64,000 bases of DNA, taken from contig NC_043002.1 in NCBI RefSeq assembly GCF_006345805.1, positions 17,174,001 through 17,238,000 on the forward strand. Direction: 5' to 3'. Of this stretch, positions 36,943 to 51,091 are shown piece after piece. Origin of the DNA: Octopus sinensis. Lineage: Eukaryota. The position numbers and the translations under genes are program-made. Numbering within the stretch: position 1 is the stretch's first letter; each line of letters opens with the position of its first letter. The notes below the pieces were generated by a model, which did not search any database, had not been told where the DNA came from, and was given only the letters and a program-made list of their open reading frames with translations.

Positions 36943-39553
36943 CCAGTTTCAGCTCTTGAGCTGTGGCCATGCTGGGGCACCGCCATTTGGTGTTGCTACT
37001 TGATTTTACCTCACGAATGCTTTTTAGCAACTGCCATTTGGTGCATGAGAGAGTTCGATGCAGCTGCCCTCATCTGCATCTCCTGTCGTGAAGTTGGATC
37101 ATCCTGGACACCTGACAGGAAGAGATCCAGTCCTACTTTAAAGACATCCGCATCCACCCCATGCAGGTCCCTCGGGTTCTTCGGGAGGATATTGACGAGT
37201 TGTGGGCCTCTGAAGCCCAGGCTATCACAGTATCTTGTCCTACATCTTGATGGCAAATTTGGAGTCCTTGGCACCACGCAGTGGCGCCCAGTTCTGGCAT
37301 TTGTGTAACTCTCGATGCCAAAGTTTGGGACAAGTCCTCCAGGATCTTCCAGATGTATATTATGGCATATCTTTCTCGCCTACGCTTCAAGGAATAGAGT
37401 TTTAATCTCTTGAGTCTTTCCCAGTATCTTATATGCTGCACAGAGGCTATCTTCTTCGTGTAGCTTCGTTGGATCGCCTCAAGTTCTGTGATTAACTTTA
37501 CACTGGATGGTGACCATTGCTGAGAGCAATAGTCAAAGTGGCTTAGGACAAGTGTCTTCCAGAGGACCATCATGGTTTCTTGTTCTCTTGTTCTAAAGGT
37601 GCTAAGAATCCATCCGGCCAGCCGTCTACATTTCATTGCCAGTTTAGCAACATGTACATGAAAGGTTGCGTCATCGCTCATGTAAATACCCAGGTTACGC
37701 ACTGATTGTGCCTCTGGGATTGCCATCCCTCCGGTTTCAGTGTATTCATTGGGTATTGCATTCAGTTTTGCATGCTGATAGCATAAAGCTTGAAACTTTT
37801 CAGCATTGAACTGCATGCTAATCTTTTCAGCCCACTTGTATATTTTGTCCAGCTCACATTGCAGGCGCTTAGTGTCTTCAGGGTTCTGTATTGCCTGTGA
37901 AACTTTTGTATCATCTGCATAACTTGTGATCGTGGCTCTCTGCGTGGCTGAGGGCATGTCTGTGAGGGTCATTATGAATAGTAGTGGTCCCAAAACAGTG
38001 CCCTGCGGGACACCGCTCACTATTTGCGTGTTAATGGAAGTGGCCCCATTGACTACTACCACCTGACTTCTAACCTTCAGAAAATTATTAAGCCATTCAC
38101 CCAATTTTCCAACTATGCCAAGATCACGCAGTTTGTGACATATCATTCCATGATCGACTTTATCAAAGGCCTTTGCAAAGTCGAGATATATCACTTCCAC
38201 ATTTGAGTGGTTGAGCAGTCGTTTCAGCACCCGATCATAGTGTTGTAGGAGCTGAGTTAAGCAGCTTCTTCCTGGTCGGAAACCATGTTGGGTGTCAGGC
38301 AGCAAGTCATTTTCTTCAAGGAAGGTGATTAGTTTCCTTCTGACTATTCGTTCCATGACCTTGCTGATGTGTGTGGTCAGAGAGATAGGTCTGTAGTTCT
38401 TGGCCTCCGCTCTGCTACCTCCTTTATGAATAGGGCATATTTTACCTTCCTTCAGTTTTCTTGGAAGTTTGCCAGTTGCAAGGAAGCTCTGAAAGAGAAA
38501 CTGCAGTGGTCTTGCTTGTACTCTCTTACATACTTTTAGAAGGATTGCAGGGAATCCATCGGGGCCAGTAGCTGAGTTTGTTTTCATCTCATCTATAGCC
38601 TTTATTACATCGTCTTCCTTTATATTGATGTAATCAATCATCGCCGCCTCTGACCCCATATCTGCAGTGGTGAAGAAGTCAGCTGGATTGCTGATTTGGA
38701 AATGCCCAAGGGGTGGGATGAAAACACTCTTGAATTGCTCATTTAGTATTTCACTTACCCTCATTGGATTTCCTGTGAGTGGCCATCCTTTTCAAGGAGT
38801 GGCCCTATCCTACAGTGCACCGTAGCTGTTTCTTTGGCATACCTGTAGAAAGCTCTGGGGTTAGATTTTATGTTGTCTATAGCCCAGGCTTCTTTGTCTG
38901 CTCTTTCCTTTTCATGGGAGAGTTGCATACACTTTTCAATTTCCAACAGTTTTATTTTCAGGCGGGACTTTTCACTGTTTTCAATTTGTTTGTTTAGGCG
39001 ATTTGAGATTTTTGTATGCCGTCTCAATAGAATTTTCGTCTCTCTGGGGATTTTGTTCTTGTGTACAGTGGCCTTTCTCTCTGGGACACATTTGTAGCAT
39101 ATGGCTTGCATTACAGACATGTATGTTGAAGTTTCATGTCGATGTCTGGCGAGAATAGACATTCAGGCCAGTTTTGTTTGAGGATCTCTTTCTCAATTTG
39201 TTTCCAGTTTGCCTTATGGAAGTTGAAGCTGGAAAGATTCTGAGAGTTTCTTGTAGGCTGCATGTCCATGCTTTCCTTTGGCCCGTACATGGTCAGCTCT
39301 ACAATGTTGTGATCCGAGAGTAGTGGCGGTGTCACTTTCACATTATGGATGACATCCATATTATTTGTGAAGCAGAGATCCAGTGTGTTACCTGCCCTGG
39401 TTGGTTGGAGTATTACTTGCTCCATGTACAGGGTGTTGATGAGGTTCAGGAGGGACCTCGCCTGTCCTTGTTCACATCGTGTCATTCCTGGGAGAGAAAG
39501 GCCCTCGGGCCATCTGACATTGGGTTGATTGAAGTCTCCCATGAGAAGTACTC
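36943..39553 (-). mobile_element. 5'-truncated CR1/L2-group LINE (APE C-terminus + RT + 3' tail)
   Basis: ORFs 39111-39542 (GDFNQP, PTRAGNTLDLCFTN, SDHN), 38761-39162, 37133-38764 and 37011-37277 form one ORF2 broken by about three frameshifts; 3' end GGCGGTGCCCCAGCATGGCCACAGCTCAAGAGCTGAAAC. Confidence 0.95.
37133..38764 (-). pseudogene. LINE reverse transcriptase domain (543-aa open segment, frameshifted at both ends)
   Basis: KNYRPISLT, QHGFRPGRSC, YLDFAKAFDKVDH, GVPQGTVLGPLLF, YADD motifs intact. Confidence 0.95.
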
Positions 39554-39572
39554 TTATGTGTTGAGAAGTACA

Positions 39573-39646
<74 letters not shown>

Positions 39647-39668
39647 AAAGTGTACGTACGCTGCTATA

Positions 39669-39741
<73 letters not shown>

Positions 39742-39869
39742 TCAATGAATGGTGGGTTTGTGTTGACCGCACTTGGAGAAATGATAAGCAAGGAAAAATT
39801 GTAAAAATGCAGAATGCTAAATTGAAAGAAAATTTTAATGAAATGAGAGATTGATAAAATATATAAATA

Positions 39870-40772
39870 TATATTTATTCAAACCGGTTTTCGTCATAAT
39901 GTGACTTATCAAGAATAGTTAGGTAAAAAAGTTTTTTTAAAAATGAGAAAGGGGAAAAAAGAAAGTTGCATTGTTTTTTGCAAAAGAATAATAATAAATA
40001 TGTACAAAAATTTAAAAATAAGTACTCCGATACATTGTGAGTTCGTTGTGTATCTTGAGTTTAATAATTGTTCACGAAAAAATTACCTTGAGGTATTAGG
40101 ATCCAATGGGATTAAGACCATGTGTTGTTTGGTTTAATTAAGGATGTTGGCAAAACAGGAAGTAGTAGTAATTGTGGTTCTTCAGTTCCTGTGTTGTGAA
40201 TAAGAGGAGACAACTTTTTTGAGTTCTTCAATCTGTGTTTCTCAAAATCCCCTGCAATAAAGGCTGCTAATAAACCGCAAATTATAAAGTTATCATTTTA
40301 GCTTCATTTGCATTATCTTTTTTATATAATTTTTTGTTAACTTAACTTTCAGATTTTAACACTTTATTTATATTATTTTCTAATTATATAAATTTGCATA
40401 GACAATTACATTTCAGATTGTTATATCATATATAATAAAAATGATAGTAATAACAACATTAGTAAAAATGATATTTAAAGAATATAAGTTTTAGCTTGAA
40501 GTGATGAATGCATGGTATCCTTATATATTTATGTTAGTCCATCCATGAAGAATGAGGTAGAAAAAGGAAGTTTGATCAACAAGGAGTTTGCATATTAAGT
40601 TGTGTTTGGAATTTTTCAATAGCGAGATTCTCCTTGTTAATTCTCTCCTGTGTGGTGATCCCGTCTTTACATTGGTAGAAGGGGAATGTATAGAATTTGG
40701 GGAGTTTGAGAAACACAAATTGAAGAACTCCAAAGAGTTGTCTTCCCTATATATATAGATATATATATATAG

Positions 40773-40828
<56 letters not shown>

Positions 40829-41010
40829 AAATACAATACTGGACAAGAACGCAAAACATCCGGACAACTACGTGATAGAAAAAGTAACAACAAAACAACC
40901 AGATTGACGATACAAAAGAAAACAAGGACCGGTCATTCTAAATTTTCTATCTTCAGTCAAGAACCCGATTATCCTTGCAATTTCGGCTGATTATTCTTGA
41001 GATTCGATGT
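39870..41010. mobile_element. Decayed PLE remnants with internal inverted segment
   Basis: RT-like remnant on minus at 40521-40750; about 50-bp inverted match between 40206-40254 and 40700-40748; HGLNP-like C-terminal endonuclease word at about 40100-40125; terminal-repeat copy at 40830-41005. Confidence 0.5.
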
Positions 41011-41159
41011 AGATCTTTAAGGTGTTTCAGGCATTTGAATTATAAGCTATTGCATTATATAATTCTTACTCTAGATGTGATCTGCGGAACTTTTGTAAAA
41101 CTACAGTATAACGTTCGACGACAACGTTTGTTGCCAACCGCTCTAGGATCTTTGATAGG

Positions 41160-41420
41160 TGTTTAACCGCATATCGTCCCATCTTTCTCTCTAGGGAGTG
41201 TCTTCCTGAAGCTCAATTATTCCCTTGAGGCAATCTACTTGGAGTAGAACCACTTAACTGCTTAGAGTTCAGTTATTAAATTGACACCGTGGTTGAGAGC
41301 AGTAGTCTAGAGAGCTGAGAAGAAATGTCCTTCCTACGACCAGTATAATTTCTTGGTCCATTGCTCTATAAGATCTCAGAATTCATCTGGCCGTTCATCT
41401 GCACATTGCCATTATCTTTG
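41160..41420 (-). mobile_element. Decayed 3' fragment of the same LINE clade as 36943-39553
   Basis: Minus strand resembles MAMxCRxMxGxILR..LDYCSQ..LITEL..YSLERRW, parallel to the RT C-terminus. Confidence 0.65.
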
Positions 41421-42619
41421 TGATATATATATATATATATAGTTAATCGAATCAAGAAAGCACAAAAAACACAACAACGCGAGGACGTGGAACAAATATA
41501 GTATATATACATATACATATATATCAATCGAAGCATTGTTCCTGTTATCGATCCCCAAGTAACGCCCTATGCAGAACTCTGGTATTGCCAATCCTCTTGA
41601 TTCAAAGTGTCTTTGTTTCTATGTAAGACAAGATGATAGATGGCCAATTTCTTGTAATTCACCCGAATAAGATGGTATGTAGTTTTCTTCATTTCAATTT
41701 ATACACATCACTTCAATCGTTCAGTAGAAGATTACCATATAAGGGATCTTTGACTGCGTATGCTTTAGTAAGAGTGTTTGCCAATGTAACTGATGGTTAT
41801 GATCGAAATAACTCAAGTTAAAACCGTTATCTCTCTTATTATCACTCCAATATGTGTCCTACATGTGTGCACTTGCCTGGGTAGACGTGCGCATTTCATC
41901 TTTCTCTTCGATTTTCAAAATGTCCGCATTAGTAAATATGTATGTATGTATGTATGTATGTATATATGTATGTATGCATGGATGTGTGTATGTACGCAGG
42001 CATGTATGCATGTATGTGTGTATGTACGCAGGTATGTATGCATGTATGTGTGTATGTATATGTCACTACTAAGACTGTTTACTTCAACACGTGCCGGATG
42101 AGAAAAAATAAATGAATAATTTCCTTTCGTTATGAGTTATCATAATTTATAGGAACTTCAAAATAAATTTGTTGTTCATTAGTTTATTTCTTAAATGGAA
42201 GACATGACAATTTTTTTCCATTTACAACATCTTTCCGATAGTCACTTCCTGTTTAGTACGAAACACAGAATTTGAGAAGTAATGTTTTGAAATGTCAGAG
42301 GAATGTCGCAAGTCAGAAATATGCGCTGAACAAAATTGAAATATGAAAAGGAAACATGGATATATTTATTCAGTAACCATGAACATGCCTCTGATAACGT
42401 AAGTTTTCTGGGTAATCTACAAATAATAAGATTGAAAATCATTAGTTATGACTTCCTCAGTGTATCGTATGAACATTCAGTGCCGTCCAATAAAAGGCAT
42501 TCATTTTCGATTTAAACAATCCCATGAAACTTTGTGTTATTAGTCATAACAATTATCAGCGTCTTACATCATAAAGATTATGAATAAATAATAAATAGTA
42601 TATAAATGAAATATATAAA

Positions 42620-42781
42620 GGCGCAGGAGTGGCTGTGTGGTAAGTAGCTTGCTAACCAACCACATGGTTCCGGGTTCAGTCCCACTGCGTGGCATCTTGG
42701 GCAAGTGTCTTCTGCTATAGCCCCGGGCCGACCAATGCCTTGTGAGTGAATTTGGTACTCGGAAACTGAAAGAAGCCTGTC

Positions 42782-42835
<54 letters not shown>

Positions 42836-43028
42836 CTGTGTTTGTCCCCCTAGCATGACAACCGATGCCGGTGTGTTTACGCCCCCGTCACTTAGCGGTT
42901 CGGCAAAAGAGACCGATAAAATAAGTACTGGGCTTACAAAGAATAAGTCCCGGGGTCGATTTGCGCGTCTAAAGGCGGTGCTCCTGCATGGCCGCAGTCA
43001 AATGACTGAAACAAGTAAAAGAGTAAAA
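42620..43028 (+). mobile_element. SINE family C, full length
   Basis: Aligns along 4087-4494 with few differences. Confidence 0.9.
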
Positions 43029-44427
43029 TAGTATACTAACATGCTTATACGGAATTTTACAAATGAGTTGTAGGGAATTGAAACGTAAAGCTTTCCTACA
43101 GAACAGTGAAATATACCAATTCGCAAATGAAAATTGATGGCAGTTAAGTTAATTGCTCGATGTAGACATTTAGTTAATTAATCTATAATATAATAAATTT
43201 GATGTAATTATATTTAAATACGCAGTTTATTAGCTTTATACATATGTATGAAACGAGTACACGATAAGGAATCCGACCTATTTAGTATCTGTCACTTTTA
43301 ATTTATTGGGTTAGCATTATATTGCTATCATATCCATATGCAGTGGGGAAGGAACGAGGATTAATCTAAGTTCAAGATATCTGGCAGTTGTACTTCATTG
43401 TACATTCTTGTAATGTTTTAAAATATGCGTAGAATTCAATCTCATGTATTAATATGTCAATGTATGGATATAATATTGCATTAATTGGTACTAGATAGAA
43501 AGTAATTATAATTGAATTGGTAGATCTGTGCCTTCTATATGAGGGTATAAAAGTGATGAATTATTCAAAGCGAATCTGCCTTTCAAATATTTTCCAATAG
43601 TTAATTTTGAAAAATGAAGCACGCATAGTTTTACATTCAATTATTATGATCAATTTAGAGGAACAAAATATATAAGAAATTGATACAGGTAAAATTAATT
43701 TCTACAAAAGGAAAAAAAAGTCTCCTCTGGTTAAAAAATATCTGAATGTGCAATTAAACATTTAGATATTATTCGCAGAAAGGTTTTGAGAATATTGTAG
43801 TAGAAGACACAATTTTTAATGAAAATAATGAGATGCCAATTTAAGCATAAAAATTCCGGAGTATATATACATACACACATAGACGCAAATACACGGACGC
43901 AATCATACACGCAGGCACGCACACAAAGACACACACACGCACACGCGCAAACACACACACATACAGAGTATAAATATGTATGTGCCATATTGCCTACTTA
44001 ATTGACAGGGGATTTTGCCTGTTTTGACAATCGATATCTCACCAAAATTTTAAGAAAGTAAATTGTAATTAATTCATAGAAGAGAATATATTATATATAA
44101 TATTTCAATAGAATAATATCGGTTTCCAACGAAATTCTACAATTATATGTGTGTGTATATATATATATATAACAATTTGATAAATAAAACACATGCATAC
44201 GTACATACATACATATATGTACATATCTACACCTATATGTATATATACATGCATATGTGGGTACAGGACACCACAAAAAGACTTAGAACACGAGAAGCGA
44301 AAACAAAAACAAAACAAGGAAACGGACTTTTTTTAACAACGTAAAAACAGAGTACAAGACATACAACACAGGGAACATTCCTCTTCTTCAGCTGTCCCTG
44401 TTAAGACTCATTGCGTGTAAGATTTAT

Positions 44428-44483
<56 letters not shown>

Positions 44484-44589
44484 TCACACGTTGTAGACGC
44501 ACATATCCACCCATGTCAAAGTTACCAGCCCTTTTCCACACACACACGCACACACTAAAACATTCTCACATACGCACACGCGGAAACGC

Positions 44590-47050
44590 ACCTTAATTTT
44601 GAGATCACGAATACATTATTATCTCCCCTTCTTTCCACCTCTCCTTTCAAACCTGTATTTTTTTCCAGCCAGTCACCATGCTTGACTGCATATTGTTTTT
44701 ATTCTCTCTGTATTTATTCCTTGTATTCCTTTCAGTTGAAGAGCGTTGGCTCCAAATGTAAAAGAATTTCTAGCATTTCCGATCGTCAAATTACTACAAC
44801 TGTTTGTTGTTCATACACCTGCTCTTCGTCTTTTGTTTTTCTGTAAATTTCAACTATATATTGTACGATCATGTGGCCACCCCAGTTTTATCCTGCTTTA
44901 GCCTCTTACTCTTTCGACTTACATATCTCAACTACTGCATGACTATTCTGCACCTCACTTCATCTACATACCAGCACTCTTCCCGATTTACCACTGGTTA
45001 TACTTTCACGGATTTCACTGGACTTTTCCGTTGATGTAAATTTGCTCCAATATAATGTACGTCCGGTCGGGGAAATGTGAAATGTCGGGGATGCTTGCGA
45101 AAAATAAATCGGTCCACAACACGTTGGCAGATGCTTGGAAAATGATCAACTGCATGGGACTCTCCAGGCGCTGGCGTCTAGTGGGAATGTCGGCAACGCA
45201 GGTTGATAAAGCAGTCTTCAGTTTTTGAACTTTCTATTTTTACTTACTCCGTACGTTGTTAATTTGCCTTTCTCTTCATTTTTTTCTCTTCACGGCTTTT
45301 GAATTTTTTAAACTTTGATATGCCGTACGTTATTACTTTGCCTTTCTATCTCCTTTACTTCATGTTTTTTTCTTTTTTTCTTGTTTCGCTTTTTTTTCAG
45401 CATGCCCGATTACAAATCTGTCCTACTCAACCTTCACCACCACCTAAAGAAACACCTATCACTGCTTCCTTTCCGCTGCTTTCAAACTTCTATTCATCTT
45501 TCCCTACTGATATTAAAAAAAAACACGCTTTCCTACTCATGTTTCCTTTTTCAGTCACTGCCTACACTACCATCTAAACACCAAAGTTTTCCGCCTCGAT
45601 TTCCAATTTGCTTCTGCCATCTTACCCAAACTCAGTACTACTTTCCACCTTACGACTGCCATCATTCGTTCTAATACACGCCCTCGACCGTCTTCTCCCT
45701 CTCGCTTATGCCACCCTTTTTTCTTGCCATTCACCTTCCTTTGCACATTCTACTCTACGCTTCATTATCCATTTAAATCATGATTTCCACGAGTTCTGGC
45801 TCGCACTAAACAACATAAACTCCACTCACTCCTTCATTCTGTCCTATCCGATGCCACTACACCCACCCTCACTAATTTCTCTCCCTCCCGATACACCCCC
45901 TCCTTTTCCTCATCCCAGCCCTTCCGTTACTCCAGACCCCCACGCACCTATCCTCTCTCTCCCAGCCTTCCACTGCCACCACTATCGCCCCAATGTCTAA
46001 CTCATCCAGGCCCTCCCACTTAAGTCTGTTGTTACCATTCCCCCTGATCTCTTCTCTCTGAACCAGGGCACTCTCTTCTCAATAAGGGTCTACGATTAAT
46101 CCCCCTTACTCCATCCAGTAAAGAACCTCAGACCCGTGCTGATATTCATAGCTTTGTGAACCGCATCAAGTCATATGCACTATTCCACTGCACTCAGCCT
46201 ACACCTAATGAAGGAGACTGCTTCACTGACCTAGGCTGCTGACCATCCCACAAGATGCCAGCTCCTGGACAGTTCCTAGCAGTTGATCATTTTCCAAGCA
46301 TCTGCCAACATGTTGTGGACCGGTTTAACTTTCGCACGCGTCCCCAACATTTTAATATTTCCCCGACCGAACGTTCGGCCATTCAACGTTTCCGATGCTG
46401 CAAAGATAGCATCATGAAACCGGATGACAAGGGTGGAAGGTGGTGGTGGGGCGTGTAGAACACAACAAGTCTGAAGCTCTCCACCATCTTCAAGACACCT
46501 ATTGCTCTCTGTCCTCCAACCCTACACCTAACTACCAGCAGACTGTGTCCTCCACTATCCCTGACCTCACCTCCCTCTATGTCCCTCCAGCCGCCTTCAG
46601 CTTCATTTTCCGCACTCCACGCAACTCAATATTGGCTTTCGTCCCAAAATCCACAAAACCTCTGGCCGCTCCATCGTCTTCGGCCACGGAATTTATATGT
46701 AAATGCCTCGACCGTGTTTTTGCCCCCAGGTAGCTCACCTCCCCTTCCACATCCACTACACTAACCAAGTTCTCCTATCTAACTCTTTTTCCTTCCCTTC
46801 TGGTCCCTCTAAACTTCTCTTCGCGGTTGATATTAAGAGTCAATATACCGTCATCCTACACATCGAAGGCATTCTTGTACTAAAACACTTTTAGACCTTC
46901 CACCCAACGTCCAACATCACACCACACTTCATCTGGCTGAAATTGCTCTCCCGCTCGCATGCTTCTTGTTTGCAGGGGAGTTTTACCAACAGGTCACTAG
47001 AGTGGCCATGGAAACGAAAATGAGCCACAACTGTGCGAACGAGAAATATT
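44590..47050 (+). mobile_element. Decayed Penelope-like element (upstream pLTR, inverted fragment, RT remnant)
   Basis: pLTR module 44700-44860; RT motifs IMKPDDKGG, PKSTKP/PKIHK region, LFAVDIKSQYTVI, FYQQVTRVAMETKMSHNCAN; 45055-45222 is an inverted copy of about 46210-46375. Confidence 0.8.
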
Positions 47051-47869
47051 TTACTCTCAGATATTTCAAAGAAGAGCCAATATCTGCGACAGTAATTCCA
47101 CGGAGATACTCTCTTTCCTAAACTTGAAATCTAAACACATATAGCATGCAAACACCACACACAGAAGAAATATATCCTAATCACAAACTTCCTCAGGAAA
47201 CAAGTATAAGAACACCATGCCCAGAATAAAAGCAATATAATGCAAACAATTGATTGCACAAAACGATTTGCCTCAAACACAAATCCAAGAGAGAAAAGCA
47301 CCCAAAACAAATCACCCAGGAGTAACGTCTCTTGAGTCATTGATTCGTTGTTTTATTCACGTGAATTCATGTGAGACTCCACGAACTAAACGAATCTGTG
47401 TTTTCCAAAACAGGAATAAATACCATACTCTATGTGATCGGCTTGAAAATTTGTTAAGACACTAGGATACTTTCCTACTTTGCATAACATGCAGCCGATG
47501 GTAGACTTAATTCGAAAACTTCTGTAATGGAAACAAACTAATAATGCATGAATCCAGCCTCCCATATCAGCAAAAAAAAACTAAGATATCTTTATATTTA
47601 TATTTCAATATCGAATATATAAATATATATGTACAGGGGGGGGGGGATAAATATTCGTACATGTCAAAATTCTTTATTTCTTTAATTTCTAATAAACATA
47701 AATGCGATATACCAATACTATATTTGCATACACATGCATAAATTAAGAATATGCAAGAGAAACTAATAAATGATAGCAACTAATGAATTTATATACAATT
47801 ATAAATATTTAGGGGTGAAGAAAGTATTCGTACAGAATAAATATATGATTTTCTATGCCACAAAATACT

Positions 47870-47874
47870 GTTTA

Positions 47875-47911
<37 letters not shown>

Positions 47912-48003
47912 TTATTATTATTATATTATTATATTATTATTATTATCATTATTATTATTATTGTATTATTATTATTATTATATTATTATTATTATTATTA
48001 TTA
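47870..48003. repeat. Imperfect (ATT)n microsatellite
   Basis: Direct reading. Confidence 0.95.
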
Positions 48004-49214
48004 TATACAAATTTCTTGCTTTGAGTACATCGTAAAAGGCGGTGTCGTGAGGCCCATCTATCTGAGTTCTTTCACAAGATATTCCGTTGAAATAAGTGTG
48101 GATCTTAGGACGATACCTTTAATATAGTCAAAATTAACCTATCGTACTTTATCCTCTTTTACCCAGAGCCAGGGACCTTTGATTACTCAGTCGTGCTTAC
48201 ATGCATATATGCATGTGCATGTGTTTATTTGTGTTTATGTGTGTATATCTGCGTGCGTTCCTCTGCGTCAGTGTGTTTGTGTGCGTGTATGAGCATGCGT
48301 GTGTGTTTTTATGCCTGCGTGTGTGTGAGGGTGCTTGTGTGTATGCATATTTTATAATTACTATATCATGCTTTCAGCTCAGTCCTACTCCGTTGCACCT
48401 TCGGCAAATATCTCACACTGCAGTGCATGGCCGATTATTAGCAGCGCAATATAAGCAACACTCATTCCTGACCAGTACATCAATTACAATTTGCGCACCG
48501 AAAATATCACCTGTCACAACAAATCGGGCCAAACACGTTCAAAGACATTCGATGAAGTTGAAATAAAGGTCAGACAGGTTTTGCAGATGAATCTCGTTGA
48601 GCAGTCTAAAGATGAATATCTGCTCCATATTACCTATTAACCTAGTTCTCAGAGAGAATCAGCATGCCTCCGAATGTAAACTAGAGCAACGTGAAATAAA
48701 GAGTTTAGCTCAAAAATGAATGCCATCGTAATACAATGTAGCTAGGCTCCCACACTTCAAACTATATTTAAATTAAAATTGGAATCAAAGCGAATTCCAA
48801 TTAAACAATGTACCAAAATATATGCAATTGTGTAATTAGTATGGGTCATGTTTAAATGTGTGATCAAAGGAAGTGTTGATCAATACTTAATTAAACATTA
48901 CATTTCAATATTGCATATTGCTTCATCAAAAATAGAGTTGGCAATAACTTTCGAAAGTAAAGATTACATCTGCAGCAACGACACGAATAAATTATAAAAT
49001 AAGCAATTCCGTCTTTTGTAACCCCCACGCGTGCATATAACAAACGTACGTACTTACATATAAATAAATAAGTATATATTTTTACATGCATACATATATA
49101 CATATATATGTCAGTGTGTGTATGTGTGTGTGTATGTATGTATATATATATATATAGGGAGAGAGACAGAGAGGGAGATATAGATAGATATAGATATAGA
49201 TATACATATATAAG

Positions 49215-49402
49215 GTCTATAGTTCTATATTTAAGAGATGAGGAATTATGTACATTATTTACATTATTTATAATTGACGGATATTTGTTATCATTTGGTT
49301 TGTTGTTGACAACTTTTCGGCTGAGATAGCCTTCAGCCTTCAACAGGCGTCTTGAAGAAATTTGGAACATGGTTTCTCATTCCTGAGGTATTTCTCGATG
49401 TA
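49215..49402 (-). mobile_element. 3' module of hammerhead-bearing SINE (minus copy)
   Basis: Reverse complement ACATCGAGAAATACCTCAGGAATGAGAAACC..GACGCCTGTTGAAGGCTGAAGGCTATCTCAGCCGAAAAGTTGTC..TTAAATATAGAACTA aligns with 24665-24832. Confidence 0.8.
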
Positions 49403-49459
<57 letters not shown>

Positions 49460-49890
49460 GAGTGAGAGAGCAGTGCATGCCATGAAAGTGACACTGGGGT
49501 AAAATACACGAAGCCCAGTATACCTGTCATGACTACTCGTCTGTAATGGTACACTAGCCACATGCATCACAACCATATGTGAGAGATATAGTGGTCTTAT
49601 GTCAAGATAAACAGCACATGACCTCCCAGGTGAGACCCAGTTACAATTTTCTTCTCGTAGAAGAAACGTCGCTGAATAAGAGTTGTTTAAGGATGTTGAA
49701 CGAAAGACCCATGTTTCCAGAGGTGAATTATTCAGACCCCAAAGAATCCCTCTCAACACATGGCTATCATGCTCCCCCACTACTTCTACTCGTGATCAGA
49801 GACGCACATGCCGTCAGCCACCTAGGGGCATGCTCAACTGGTTAAGATCAAACAACTGACAAGGAAACCTGTAGTGTTGATCAGAAAATT
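49460..49890 (-). mobile_element. About 430-bp non-coding element embedded in (TAA)n
   Basis: GC-richer unique segment bounded on both sides by pure (ATT)n tracts; no credible ORF; orientation inferred. Confidence 0.55.
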
Positions 49891-49893
49891 TGC

Positions 49894-49959
<66 letters not shown>

Positions 49960-50099
49960 CATTATTATAAACAATCATGAGGTAAAAATGGTGCATCCAG
50001 TAACTCATTTGTGAAGTTTCTTTCGTTGATATTTACCTTGACAGTTTATCGATTTACACTCTCCTCCGACATTGCTAGCCTTGTGCCTAGAGTAGAAAA

Positions 50100-50129
<30 letters not shown>

Positions 50130-50135
<6 letters not shown>

Positions 50136-50490
50136 TTTTTTTTTCTTCTTTCAAATTTGCTTCCATTTCTTGCCGAGTGTCTTCCCGACTCCTAGGGCAG
50201 AGAAACTCATAGTATACATTGGTAGGCCATTAAACCAAACTCACTAGTCCCAAATTTTTTTTTTTTTTTTAAGTTAAATTAAAATACATGAGCAGCAACA
50301 GTTCTCACATCGACAATGCTCTTCTCAATACGTGTGATGTACCAGTTAAGACAATCTTTTGCACTTCTTGCAGGGATGGTAAGCCAGAGATCATTCTCAT
50401 ATAATTTTCGGTTCCCTTCTTGATCATTCCTAGTGCTCCTACGATCACTGGTATTGTAACCGCCTTGAGATGCCACATTTTCTCAATTTC
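50130..50490 (-). mobile_element. R4/Dong-clade LINE 3' end inserted in (TAA)n
   Basis: Minus strand KDLLIEIEKMWHLKAVTIPVIVGALGMIKKG..LQEVQKIVLTGTSHVLRRALSM*, the typical RLE C-terminus, plus 3' UTR; (AAT)n both sides. Confidence 0.85.
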
Positions 50491-50509
50491 AATGAGTAGG
50501 TCTTTATTA

Positions 50510-50720
<211 letters not shown>

Positions 50721-50730
50721 TATATTGTAT

Positions 50731-50945
50731 TGGTGAAGAGCGCGGGCTATAAAAATAAAACTACTGAATGATAATAATAAGAGCAATAATAATAATAATA
50801 ACAAAAACAACAACAACATCGGAATATACCTTAGGAAAGATTACTCAGGTTCGAAAGGCTGGAGGGTATATCAGCCGAAATGTTGTGTTAACAACCATGA
50901 AGATAAGAAGAAATATCCGTCAAATGTAAATAATATAAATAACGT
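50731..50945 (+). mobile_element. Hammerhead SINE copy with internal deletions
   Basis: Partial head TGGTGAAGAGCGCGGGCTA, AAT/AAC tract, ACATCGGAATATACCTTAGGAA..GGCTGGAGGGTATATCAGCCGAAATGTTGTGTTAACAAC; CTGATGA core deleted. Confidence 0.7.
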
Positions 50946-51091
50946 ATATATGAGATGTATTGGTATCCCGAAAACACAAGATGACAAGTAAGGCTATGTA
51001 AGTACTACGGGAGGATTATAGTTATACTTTCGGTCCGATAACAGTACGAGTGATGATTTATAATGCGGGTCTCGTGTGAGCGTGTATATGC

